From Bdellovibrionales bacterium (lineage in GTDB: Bacteria; Bdellovibrionota; Bdellovibrionia; Bdellovibrionales; UBA1609), in the NCBI GenBank assembly GCA_016714165.1, contig JADJNU010000001.1, positions 45,130-109,129 on the forward strand: 64,000 bases of DNA, written 5' to 3'. The position numbers and the translations under genes are program-made. Below the pieces are notes generated by a model. It ran no database searches. It had not been told where the DNA came from and saw only the letters and a list, made by a program, of their open reading frames with translations. Each line of letters opens with the position of its first letter. Within the stretch, counting starts at the first letter, position 1. Shown piece after piece: positions 51,447-60,871 of the stretch.

Positions 51447-52811
51447 TCAGTAGACCAAGTGCCAGGCTTTGGGTTGTAGAAATGAGCGAATTCCAAGAAG
51501 AGAGAGTGTCGAACCGATTCCCGATCCTTTACGACCGGTCCATGGAAGACGTGGGCTGACACGATCACAGCAGTTCCAATAGACTGAACCAGCATCGAGC
51601 TGCTCAAGTATCCCTTCCGCCTCTTCCCTCTCTGCCGTATAAACTCCGGCTGTGAGTCCATACGTAGAATCGTTCATCAACTGAATCGCTTCTTCGTCGC
51701 TTCTTACTCCTTGAATCCCAATGATGGGTCCAAAACTCTCCTCCATCATGACTTGCATGCTGTGATCGACTTTGGTCAAGACCGTCGGTTCAAAAAAACC
51801 CGAGTGCTCAGACCAAACCTTTCCCCCGGTTAGAACTTGTGCTCCCTTGGAAAGAGAATCGGCAACCTGCCTCTTTAAGATTTCAATTTGTTGGGGTCGA
51901 GTCAAAGGGCCAATGTAGGTTTCTGGTTTTGACGGATCACCTAATTTAAAATTATTTACCGTCTTTAGAAAGTGATAGTTAAAATCTTGGTAAACTTCTT
52001 CGTGAACATAGATTCTCTCAACCGAACAGCAACTCTGACCGGTGTTATAAAAGGCGCCATCTGCGATCCCCTCAGCCGCTTTCTTGACATCTGCATCCGG
52101 TCGAACATAGACGGGGTCTTTGCCTCCCAACTCAAGTTGGGTTTTTATGAACCTGCCTGCAGTTATTTGGGAAATTGCCTTTCCGGTCTCATTGCTTCCA
52201 GTAAAAAAAACACCCTGTATATTCTGTTTGAGGAGGATTTCTCCTTGAGTACGGGTTCCCACGACGACACTAAATACCCCGTCGGGGAGACCGGCCAATT
52301 TGAGGAGTTTCTCAAATTGAAGTCCTGTCAAGGTGCTGTATTCAGAAGGCTTATAAAGTACCGTATTGCCGGTGAGAATCGCTGGGATAAAAACATTCGT
52401 GCCAACAAAATACGGATAATTCCATGCTGAAATGTTAGCTATAACTCCAAGTGGTTCCCAGGTCATTTTTTCTTCATTCGCTGGAGTGGTCAAATATGTT
52501 TCACCTTTTAGCGCTGATTCTATATTTTGAAGAAAAAAATCCAATCGTCCCTGAGTGCCTTTTATTTCATTGAGAGCTTGTTGAATTGGTTTTCCCATTT
52601 CCTGAGACAACAGCTCGGCCAAGCTTTCGGCCCTATCTTCAAGTAAAACACGAAATCTCCCGATGATTTCCATTCTTCGCACCAGGGGGGAGCGACGCCA
52701 CTGATTGAAAGCTAAGGCTGCCCTTGTTGCCTTCTGTTTGATTGAGGCCTCAGTATCAATGGGAACCTCTTGAAGTAATTGAAGCGTGTAGGGATTGACT
52801 ATCCTTAGCAT
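51447..52811 (-). CDS. NAD(P)-dependent aldehyde dehydrogenase
   Basis: Motifs ELGGKDP, GQSCCSVERIYV (catalytic Cys) and EESFGP. Confidence 0.9.
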   Translation of the reverse strand: MLRIVNPYTLQLLQEVPIDTEASIKQKATRAALAFNQWRRSPLVRRMEIIGRFRVLLEDRAESLAELLSQEMGKPIQQALNEIKGTQGRLDFFLQNIESALKGETYLTTPANEEKMTWEPLGVIANISAWNYPYFVGTNVFIPAILTGNTVLYKPSEYSTLTGLQFEKLLKLAGLPDGVFSVVVGTRTQGEILLKQNIQGVFFTGSNETGKAISQITAGRFIKTQLELGGKDPVYVRPDADVKKAAEGIADGAFYNTGQSCCSVERIYVHEEVYQDFNYHFLKTVNNFKLGDPSKPETYIGPLTRPQQIEILKRQVADSLSKGAQVLTGGKVWSEHSGFFEPTVLTKVDHSMQVMMEESFGPIIGIQGVRSDEEAIQLMNDSTYGLTAGVYTAEREEAEGILEQLDAGSVYWNCCDRVSPRLPWTGRKGSGIGSTLSLLGIRSFLQPKAWHLVY

Positions 52812-52826
52812 TGTTCCAGTCTCCTG

Positions 52827-53636
52827 TTATTTTCTAGCATGTTGGTGAGCAATTTTATTGAAATTTGCTCGGCGATTTTCGATAGCTTTTAAAAAACTTT
52901 TCATGAGCTGATTTTCGGAAAGCAGATCCGCGGGCCCCGCCGTGAATTCGGGGTGCCACTGAACACCCAGGATAAAAGGTGATGAATCAAGGGGAGAGGG
53001 TCGCATGGTCTCATGACGGATGGCTTCGATGACACCATCCTCAAGGCTAGTTGCTTCAACAATTAATTCTTTTGCAAGTTTTTTTATTCCTTGATGATGA
53101 ACAGAGTTTACCTTCGCCACCTGCGTTCTCGGATAAATCTGGGACAGAAATCCGTTTGATTCAAGGTTGATCTGATGCCAGTGTTCATCGTAAAGGTTTT
53201 TGTCTCTATGAAGTTTTGTTTTTTGATTCTGGGTGTTGAGGTCCTGGTAAAGAGATCCCCCTTCTGCGACATTCATGATTTGAAGGCCCCTGCAGATTCC
53301 GAGAACAGGAAGTCCGATCGCCTTTGCCTCGCGGTAGAGTTTTATTTCGTACTGATCGCGAATTTTGTCGCCAGGCCATTTGTCGCTGATGGGCTCTTCA
53401 GAATAGCTCGAAGGGGCTACGTCAGCTCCTCCATGCAGAATCAGACCGTCGGTGAAATTCAGGATCTCCTTGGTCGTTAAGCCGCGAGATTCTGTTGGGA
53501 GCAGAACGGGAAAAGCTCCATGGTTCATTACCCAGTGAGCCATCGACTGTTCAAAATAGAGAAGTGTTTTTTTTGAAAAGGTCGCGCGCTCAGGATCCGG
53601 ATGCAGAAAACAGGAGCTAATTCCCACTCGTATCAT
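52827..53636 (-). CDS. Gamma-glutamyl-GABA hydrolase-like class I glutamine amidotransferase (peptidase C26, PuuD-like)
   Basis: GICRGLQIMNV (nucleophile Cys), HHQGI and VQWHPEF. Confidence 0.85.
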   Translation of the reverse strand: MIRVGISSCFLHPDPERATFSKKTLLYFEQSMAHWVMNHGAFPVLLPTESRGLTTKEILNFTDGLILHGGADVAPSSYSEEPISDKWPGDKIRDQYEIKLYREAKAIGLPVLGICRGLQIMNVAEGGSLYQDLNTQNQKTKLHRDKNLYDEHWHQINLESNGFLSQIYPRTQVAKVNSVHHQGIKKLAKELIVEATSLEDGVIEAIRHETMRPSPLDSSPFILGVQWHPEFTAGPADLLSENQLMKSFLKAIENRRANFNKIAHQHARK

Positions 53637-54826
53637 TCTAGGGTTCCCTCGTAGGCGTTCCGAAAGATGAGGCGAAAATCACCCTCTGTGACTGGCACGG
53701 GGTTTGTTTGATGGCATCCGTCCTGAATTGCAACTTCAATCAAGTTGTTTAGCTGATCTTTTCGGACCCCAATCTCTTTGAGCGTGTGAGGAATTCCAAT
53801 TTCACGTCGGAGCTCGATGATCCATTTAATAAATGTCTCAGGGGTTGCCGGAAGGATATTTGCCGCCTGAGCGAGACGAACAAAGCGATCGGGAACGGAT
53901 CGACTATTAAAAAGCATGGCGTAAGGCAGAAGGACTCCATTTGCCAATCCGTGGTGTGTGTCGCAGACTGTGCTGAGAGCGTGCGCGCATGAATGAGTCA
54001 CTCCGAGACCTTTCTGGAAGGCGACGGCCCCCATGTACGCAGCATTCATGATCATCCCTCGCACATTCAAAAAATCCGCTTTGTCTTTTGGTGGCGTCTG
54101 AGCCATTGACACACAGGTTTTTAGATTTTGAGCGATGAGACGAACTCCCTCTAGGGCAATACCATCTGCCATTGGGTGAAATCCAATGGCTAAGAAGGCC
54201 TCAATCAGATGAGTCAAGGCATCCATGCCGGTTGTGGCTGTGATATCGGGTGGGAGAGAAAGCGTCAGTTCAGGATCAACGTAGACCTCGGAAGGAAGCA
54301 AGCGTGGAGAAAAAAGGATCTTTTTAACCTTTGATTGATCATCAGAAACCACTGCGGAGCGACCAACCTCGCTTCCCGTGCCAGCAGTTGTGGGCAGGGC
54401 AAAAATGGGTGGAATCGGCTGATCAATGGGAAGTCCATTTGGCTTCCCATCTTCGTAATCAAAAAGGTCTCCGGGATGATTGACCATCAACGCGATCGCC
54501 TTTGCCACATCGAGTGCAGCTCCTCCGCCAATCGCAATAATGACTTCTGACTTCGATTTTTTGTAAAAGCAAACGCCTTCAGTTACCTGAGATTTTACGG
54601 GATTGCTCCAAATCCCATCAAATACTTCCACGGTGATACCTGACTGCGAGAGATTTCCTTTGAGTTCATTCAGAAATGGGAGTTTTGCGACTCCGCGATC
54701 TGTCACAATCAAGGCATGATGGAGCTTACCCTGCTGAAGTGACTTCGCTAGGAGACGGCGAGCCCCCGCGCCGTAGTGAATTCGAGTTGGGTAGTTAAAG
54801 TGCGATATGAGTTCCCCATTGTTCAT
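53633..54826 (-). CDS. Iron-containing (group III) alcohol dehydrogenase
   Basis: GGGAALDVAKAIA, PTTAGTGSE and His-rich metal-binding motifs. 4-nt overlap with the downstream gene. Confidence 0.88.
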   Translation of the reverse strand: MNNGELISHFNYPTRIHYGAGARRLLAKSLQQGKLHHALIVTDRGVAKLPFLNELKGNLSQSGITVEVFDGIWSNPVKSQVTEGVCFYKKSKSEVIIAIGGGAALDVAKAIALMVNHPGDLFDYEDGKPNGLPIDQPIPPIFALPTTAGTGSEVGRSAVVSDDQSKVKKILFSPRLLPSEVYVDPELTLSLPPDITATTGMDALTHLIEAFLAIGFHPMADGIALEGVRLIAQNLKTCVSMAQTPPKDKADFLNVRGMIMNAAYMGAVAFQKGLGVTHSCAHALSTVCDTHHGLANGVLLPYAMLFNSRSVPDRFVRLAQAANILPATPETFIKWIIELRREIGIPHTLKEIGVRKDQLNNLIEVAIQDGCHQTNPVPVTEGDFRLIFRNAYEGTLE

Positions 54827-54846
54827 TGATTCATCTCCTCAGGTGA

Positions 54847-56211
54847 TTAAATAATTTCGAGGTAGCGGCGACGCTCCCAGTCCGTTACAACTGATTGGGA
54901 CCTTCTCCATTCCCAGTGTCGTGTCGAAGTGAAGTGGCTGACGAAATCTTCACCGAACAACTCAAAGGCTATACTTGAACGAGCCATATTGTTGGTAGCT
55001 TGATAAAGATTGTTCGCCAGGCGAGTTGATTCGGTATCGCCGTATCCGTTTCCGGTGACTTCAGGTTGCAGTGTGAGCTCATTTTGGATTCCGTAGAGGC
55101 CGCTGGCGATTGCAGCTGCAACGGCCAAGTAAGGATTAATATCGGCCCCGCCAACTCGGGTTTCGAGGCGGGTCGATGTGGGGCGGCCAGATATCACGCG
55201 GAAGGCAGCTGTTCGATTGTCGAGACCCCAGTTGGCCCGAGTCGGAGCCCAATGTCCCTCAACGAGGCGCTTGTAGCTGTTCACATTGGGAGCGAAGAGG
55301 GGTAGGATTTCTGGCAGGCAGTGCGTTTGGCCAGCTAAGTAGTGTTTAAATACTTTTGACATTTTATTGGTGCTTTTTGGATCATAAAAAACGTTCTGTT
55401 TTTCATCGATAGACCAAAGACTCTGGTGAATATGCCCTGAGCACCCAGCTAGTTTTTCATTCCATTTTGCCATGAATGAGGGAATGATTCCAAAGCGGCA
55501 TCCAATCTCCTTTGCTCCGCTTTTGAAGAGAACGCCTCGGTCAGCAGCGGTCAACGCGTCGGTCACACTGATCGCGGCTTCATAGACCCCCGGACCAGTC
55601 TCAGTATGAAAACCTTCAAGTGGAATCTGAAAGGCTTCCATTTCATCCATGAGGGCATTGACGTATTCGTTTTCAAAACCTGTTCTGAGAAGAGAATACC
55701 CAAACATTCCAGGTGTGAGAGGTTCGGGTTGATCAAAATTCTTGTCATGGAGGGATTGGGGAGTTTCTCGAAAATTAAACCACTCAAATTCCAATCCAAC
55801 GCGCGGGAAAAATCCAAGGGCCGCTGCTCGCTTAATCACAGATCTGAGCAATTGTCGCGGACAAACGCGAAGGGGTTGCTGCTGCTCATCGAGAAAATGA
55901 CCAAGAAAAAACGGGATATTATTATCCCAGGGCACTTCCCTGTAGGTAGATAGGTCCAACTCAACAAGGGCGTCGGGATAGCCGGTGTGCCAGCCTGTGA
56001 AGCGCACGTTATCGTAGACGGCATCTGCCACATCCCATCCAAAAATAACATTGCAAAAACCAAAGCCATTTTCAATGGCAGAGAAGAACTTCTCCTTGTG
56101 GAGGTATTTTCCGCGCAAGACCCCGTCAATGTCTGTTACAGCTACCTTCACCTTGTGAGAGGGTGACTGGCGAACTTTTTCTAGAATTTCCTTTTGACTG
56201 GTATCATTCAA
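54847..56211 (-). CDS. Glutamine synthetase family protein (gamma-glutamyl-polyamine synthetase, PuuA-like)
   Basis: GS beta-grasp and catalytic-domain pattern (VAVTDIDGVLRGKY..., FHTETGPGVYE, SGHIHQSLW, NSYKRLV, NRTAAFRV). Confidence 0.88.
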   Translation of the reverse strand: MNDTSQKEILEKVRQSPSHKVKVAVTDIDGVLRGKYLHKEKFFSAIENGFGFCNVIFGWDVADAVYDNVRFTGWHTGYPDALVELDLSTYREVPWDNNIPFFLGHFLDEQQQPLRVCPRQLLRSVIKRAAALGFFPRVGLEFEWFNFRETPQSLHDKNFDQPEPLTPGMFGYSLLRTGFENEYVNALMDEMEAFQIPLEGFHTETGPGVYEAAISVTDALTAADRGVLFKSGAKEIGCRFGIIPSFMAKWNEKLAGCSGHIHQSLWSIDEKQNVFYDPKSTNKMSKVFKHYLAGQTHCLPEILPLFAPNVNSYKRLVEGHWAPTRANWGLDNRTAAFRVISGRPTSTRLETRVGGADINPYLAVAAAIASGLYGIQNELTLQPEVTGNGYGDTESTRLANNLYQATNNMARSSIAFELFGEDFVSHFTSTRHWEWRRSQSVVTDWERRRYLEII

Positions 56212-56524
56212 GGTGACCTCCTCTTATTGCGAACAGTACAAGATGGACAAATGACGAGTTTGATTTGACAGTTCGTTGCGGCGTGAGACCAGATAAAGAT
56301 AGTAAAAAATGAGGGGGCCGTCCAGGTGTAAAAGAGCTCAGAATTTGACGAGTTGAATGAAAATGAAGCGCCACGTTATATCGACCAAAGGCCTGAATCG
56401 CGGGGGGCTGTTTTGGAAAGTGAGCATTCTCGGACATTTAACTAAGGAGACAGAAAAAAAGGGTCGATAGAATGGATGACTCTATGTGAGTTTTGCGAAG
56501 CGCGGTCAAAGAACAGGATAACTG

Positions 56525-57334
56525 ATGAGTCGTGGGGCAAAAAAATTAGATTCAGTTCAGGATGCAACTGCGCCCTCCTCTATTTTGAGAGATCTGCATT
56601 TCTTCAAGCATTTTCCTGATCACCTTCTTGATAAATTGGGTCGTGAAGTTCAGATTAAGACAGTTTCAACGGGATCAGTTATTTTGACTCAAGGACAAAT
56701 AAATACAGATCTTTTTATTCTTCTGTCAGGCAGGTTATCAGTCTCGGTCGATGGTGGTGTCGTTGCGAGATTGGATAAAAAGGGCGACTTGGTGGGTGAA
56801 ATGAGCGTTATTACGCATCAAGCCGTAGCAGCCACCATTACGGCTGAGATGGAATCGCAGATTTTAATTTTGAGAGGAAAGGATTTTCTGGCCTTAGAGG
56901 GTACGAGCAGTGATGGATTTCAACATGCCTTGTTCCGTGTTTACGCCCATGATCTTTCGAATAAATTAAGAGTAACGAATCAAAAGGCCAAATATTTTGA
57001 AGATCTAACGACAAAGCTAACTCAGGCTCAAGACGATCTGCGTGAAGTCAATAAGGGCTTAGAACTCAAAGTGGCCAGTCGAACTCTCGATTTAAATAAG
57101 CGCACCCAAGATCTGCAGAAATCGCATCAAAAGCTTGAACAGCAAAATGCTGAATTGATGGCAAGCCATAAAAAAATGGAGGAGTTGTATTTTACTCGGG
57201 AGTTAACCTTTCAAAAGTTGGAAGAACTTTATAAGAATTCATTGATTCCCCTGCAGATGACTTTGATTCAGATCGAGCAAAACAGTGTGGGGGGAGTCAA
57301 CAGGATCTCATTAAAACGGCCTCCCATGAGTTGA
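56525..57334 (+). CDS. Cyclic-nucleotide-binding domain protein with a C-terminal coiled coil
   Basis: cNMP-binding pattern FFKHFPDHLLDKLG...GSVILTQGQINTDLFILLSGRLSV...GDLVGEMSVI, then heptad-rich sequence. Confidence 0.8.
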   Translation: MSRGAKKLDSVQDATAPSSILRDLHFFKHFPDHLLDKLGREVQIKTVSTGSVILTQGQINTDLFILLSGRLSVSVDGGVVARLDKKGDLVGEMSVITHQAVAATITAEMESQILILRGKDFLALEGTSSDGFQHALFRVYAHDLSNKLRVTNQKAKYFEDLTTKLTQAQDDLREVNKGLELKVASRTLDLNKRTQDLQKSHQKLEQQNAELMASHKKMEELYFTRELTFQKLEELYKNSLIPLQMTLIQIEQNSVGGVNRISLKRPPMS

Positions 57335-58341
57335 GTGATGTACTTAATTTATTAGAACCCGTGGTTTCAATCTATTCTTCACAAAAGGCCATGAAGAGCA
57401 AAAGAGTTCTTCTGGCAGAATCTAACATGAAGTATCAGATGCTCGCCAAAATGGCTCTAGGGGGGACAGGGGTTGAGTTGGACATAGCTTCAAATATTGA
57501 GGAGGGGAAGGCGGCCCTGTCTGGGAAATCCTATGATATACTATTCGTATCAGCTGAAATGCTTGAGCTTTGCGATTTATCTCAGGCCTTAAATCCCTCT
57601 ATACAAATGGTTTTCATGACCTCTGATCGCATTGATCAGTATCTCCCAGCTCTGAGGGAGCATAAAGTGATGCCGCATATTGTCTCTCGAGATGAAAATG
57701 ATCGCACTTTTACTATAAAGAATATTGTGACTTCAGTCGCTAAGCTAGCGAGCGGTGATATCTTTGGGGTGAGCAAATATTTGGCTTGGGGTTCTGACTT
57801 GAAGAGTGTTGCCGTTTCAAGGAGCGACAAGAGGGATCAATTAATTGAAGATATGAACCTCCACTTTGAGAAGCTTGGAATACGTCGAACAGTGAGAGAT
57901 CGGGTTGCCACAGCGCTTGAGGAGATGTTAATGAACGCGATCTATGATGCTCCCGTGGGCAAAGATGGAAAGAGCCTCTATAACCATCTTTCCCGCCTTG
58001 AATCGGTTTCTTTAAGTCCTGAACATCAGGCTTCTCTTCGTTATGGAACCGATGGAATGATTTTAGCGATTTCTGTCGAGGATCCATTTGGCTCACTCGA
58101 TGGCGATACCATTCTCAATTATTTGGATAAGTGCTATGGTGGGGTAGGAGAGGAAACGAGTCACGACGGCAAAGTGCCGAAAGGGGGAGGCGGCCGTGGT
58201 CTCCATCAGATTATTGAGAATTCGGATTTGGTGGTCTTTAATATCCACCTTGGGTTTAAGACCGAAGTGATAGCCCTATTTAATGTTGATCCAAGAGGTG
58301 TTGGTCAAAAGTTTCCCAGTTTTCATTTGTTCACACAATAG
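57331..58341 (+). CDS. Pseudo-receiver plus GHKL/anti-sigma-kinase-like ATPase domain protein
   Basis: REC-like N-terminus with Ser at the phospho-acceptor position (ILFVSAEM). C-terminal N-box-like ALEEMLMNAIYDA and GGGGRGLHQI. The TTG start overlaps the upstream stop. Confidence 0.65.
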   Translation: MSDVLNLLEPVVSIYSSQKAMKSKRVLLAESNMKYQMLAKMALGGTGVELDIASNIEEGKAALSGKSYDILFVSAEMLELCDLSQALNPSIQMVFMTSDRIDQYLPALREHKVMPHIVSRDENDRTFTIKNIVTSVAKLASGDIFGVSKYLAWGSDLKSVAVSRSDKRDQLIEDMNLHFEKLGIRRTVRDRVATALEEMLMNAIYDAPVGKDGKSLYNHLSRLESVSLSPEHQASLRYGTDGMILAISVEDPFGSLDGDTILNYLDKCYGGVGEETSHDGKVPKGGGGRGLHQIIENSDLVVFNIHLGFKTEVIALFNVDPRGVGQKFPSFHLFTQ

Positions 58342-58517
58342 GGTAGCCAATCCCTCTTGATGCCGTAGAAAGCCCTTATCTAATTAATTTTATTGCGTAA
58401 TTTCAATATTTTGTCTTTTGTGATGAGATTAAAATGGGCGTTGCGCTTACAAATCAATAGTGTTAGATTGCCGCGATTCTTAAGGAACATTAAACGAGCG
58501 GATCGAGAGTACAAGCC

Positions 58518-58784
58518 ATGAAAAAAGATATTCATCCAAAAATTCGGGAAGTAGTTTTCAAAGACGTTTCATGTGATTTTTCATTTAAAACCCTATCGAC
58601 AGCCAGATCCAAAGAAAATATCAAATGGGAAGACGGGAAGGAGTATCCTCTTGTGACGGTGGATATATCCAGCGCTTCCCACCCATTCTATACTGGGAAA
58701 CAGCGTCTTATTGATACAGAGGGACGCGCTGAGAAGTTTGCTAAAAAGTATGGACGCAAGACCGGGGCTGCGGGCGGTAACTAG
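58518..58784 (+). CDS. rpmE: 50S ribosomal protein L31, type B (no CxxC zinc motif)
   Basis: MKKDIHPK...[29 protein letters not shown]. The zinc-ribbon cysteine pairs are absent. Confidence 0.93.
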   Translation: MKKDIHPKIREVVFKDVSCDFSFKTLSTARSKENIKWEDGKEYPLVTVDISSASHPFYTGKQRLIDTEGRAEKFAKKYGRKTGAAGGN

Positions 58785-59037
58785 GTTCGCTCGGTTCAGG
58801 GCCGGACTTGTCCAGTCAAAAGGGAGGGTGAAGCTTCTGTCATAGCCCAGAGTTGAACCTGGGGTAGGACATCGCATTCTCCCTCAGGGATGGTTGACTT
58901 TTCTGAGGTTTTCTTCATTTTATTCCAATAATAAACAAACTTTATTATAAACACAAAATATTTTGCCGATAGCTAGATGAGGATTGTTTATTTCTTCTAG
59001 TTTTGGTTTTTTAATTTCTTGAGGTTAAGGTCTGGGA

Positions 59038-60172
59038 GTGGGAGTGGGAGTTTTGAGACGATTCAAGAAACAGGCCGCTTCATTGGAAATAATGGACCGG
59101 TTTCTTTCTAACAGTGACTCTCTACAGTTGCGTGATTCACTCCTATTCATCTTGGCTCAGCTTCCTTTTCCGGCCTTGTTATTAGATCCGACGGGTGCAA
59201 TTTTGGGCATGAGCAAGAGCGCACAAAAAAAACTCTCTGAATTGAACTGGACCGAAGTGACCAATGGAGCAAGATTTGGAGAATTTCTTGACCCCCCCAA
59301 GAATGACTCGCTGAAGTTTTCTCTGACAAAGACAAGTAGTTTTTTTGAGGAAGTGACTTGGCGAGGGCGAACTGATGAAAAGCCAGTGCAATTAGACTTT
59401 ATTTATTGTTCTTTCTTCTGGTTTGTGACCTGGAGAGAACCTGAGGCTAGCCTGGTTGAGGAGCTTCGTGAGCGATTTGAAAAGAGTGCTCCCCTTATTT
59501 CGGTAGGAGAGATGGCCGGAAGTATTGCCCATGAAATTAATAACCCACTGACGATTCTTCTCTGGCAGGCAGGGCGTTTGAAAATGCTTTCAGATCGCGG
59601 AAAGCTTGATTCTGGAATTGTTGATAAAATCAGTTTGGAAATTGAGCAAACAGTTTCGCGCATTGTTCGAATTGTGAAGACTTTAAAGACCGCCCTACAT
59701 GGACATGAAGGGCAAAAAGCTAGAAAAAATAGATATTGGGCAGTTGATCGATGAAATATATGAGTTGAGTTTAGCTCGACTCAATAAGCTTGAAATCGAA
59801 TGGAGACATCACCAGTGGGTAGGGCCCCTGGTCGTTATGGCGCAACCAACGGCCCTTTCTCAGGTCTTGCTGAACCTTGTTAGCAATTCATGTGATGCTC
59901 TCGAGCAATCGCGCGCGGACAGGTGGATTGATATTAAGTTTGTGGAAAGGGGCAGTCAGCTTGAGATTCAGTTTTCTGACAGCGGTCAGGGGCTTCCACC
60001 TGAGGTTTATTCCAGACTCTTTGAACCTTTTGTGACGACGAAGCCTCCAGGTAAAGGAACAGGCCTTGGCTTAGGCCTGTGCCGCAAGTACATGCAGAAC
60101 CAGGGTGGTGATTTTAGATACAATCACTTGAGCCCAAACACTCAATTTATCCTTATACTCCGCCGTATTTAG
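59038..60172 (+). pseudogene. Histidine kinase split by a frameshift (track ORFs 59038..59754 and 59699..60172)
   Basis: The first ORF carries a PAS-like region and the H-box (AGSIAHEINNPLTIL). The second carries the N, G1 and G2 boxes (LLNLVSNSCDAL, DSGQGLPPE, GKGTGLGLGLCRKYM). Removing one A from A5 (59714-59718) or A6 (59724-59729) restores a single frame. Confidence 0.7.
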
Positions 60173-60286
60173 TTCGCTCGGGGTAATGCCGCACAACGAT
60201 AGAGCGCAATTTCAAGGCCTCACATTGACTCGGTTAAGGGCCTCCTTTATTTTTGAGACAAAGTTTGAGATGAAGGAGATGTGAAT

Positions 60287-60847
60287 ATGCAAAGATCCCG
60301 TAGGTTCTGGCTTCTGAGTGTTCTGGTGTTTTTCGCAGCGATGAGCCGGTGGCTTCCGCACGCACCTAACTTCACTCCTGTGATGGCGATGGCCCTTTTT
60401 TCAGGAACATTTTTTCGCCGTTGGCAATACGCATTGGCCGTCCCCTTTCTGGGATTATTGATTTCGGATTTTGGTTTGGGATTTCATGACCAAATGGTTC
60501 CAGTTTATATCAGTTTTGCTTTGGCAGTCGGCATAGGGCATTGGATCGGATTGAGGGGTGATGCGGCCAAGACACTAGCAAAGCGGCTTCCTTTTGGAGT
60601 TGTTTCCTCGAGTCTTGTTTTTTTCCTTGTTTCAAATTTCTTTGTGTGGGCTTTTGCAGGGATGTATCCTTTGACTTGGGAGGGATTCGTTCAATGCTAT
60701 GTAATGGCAATTCCTTTTTTGCACAGTGAACTTTTGGGCAATCTTGTGTTCAGCTTCGCACTCTTTGGTTCCTTGTACGCGGTCAAATCTTTGGCCCCAC
60801 AGTTGTGGGGTCGGACCGAGCAGAGCAGAGCAGAGCTTAGCAGCTGA
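60287..60847 (+). CDS. Polytopic membrane protein (DUF6580-like, low certainty)
   Basis: ATG 60287, 9 nt after AAGGAG. About six hydrophobic helices. N-terminal PHAPNFTPVMAMALFSG resembles that family as I recall it. Confidence 0.6.
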   Translation: MQRSRRFWLLSVLVFFAAMSRWLPHAPNFTPVMAMALFSGTFFRRWQYALAVPFLGLLISDFGLGFHDQMVPVYISFALAVGIGHWIGLRGDAAKTLAKRLPFGVVSSSLVFFLVSNFFVWAFAGMYPLTWEGFVQCYVMAIPFLHSELLGNLVFSFALFGSLYAVKSLAPQLWGRTEQSRAELSS

Positions 60848-60871
60848 GCGGCGACTCCGTCGCCCAAAACA

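Noticed and set aside
58342-58517. A Zur box upstream of L31 type B.
   Set aside because: Only a CGTAAT half-site-like string is present. I found no convincing inverted repeat by eye.
58948-58972. A sigma-28 (FliA)-like string, TAAA-N13-GCCGATAG, upstream of the split kinase.
   Set aside because: The spacing is 2 nt shorter than the TAAAGTTT-N11-GCCGATAA consensus, and the -35 half matches only TAAA.
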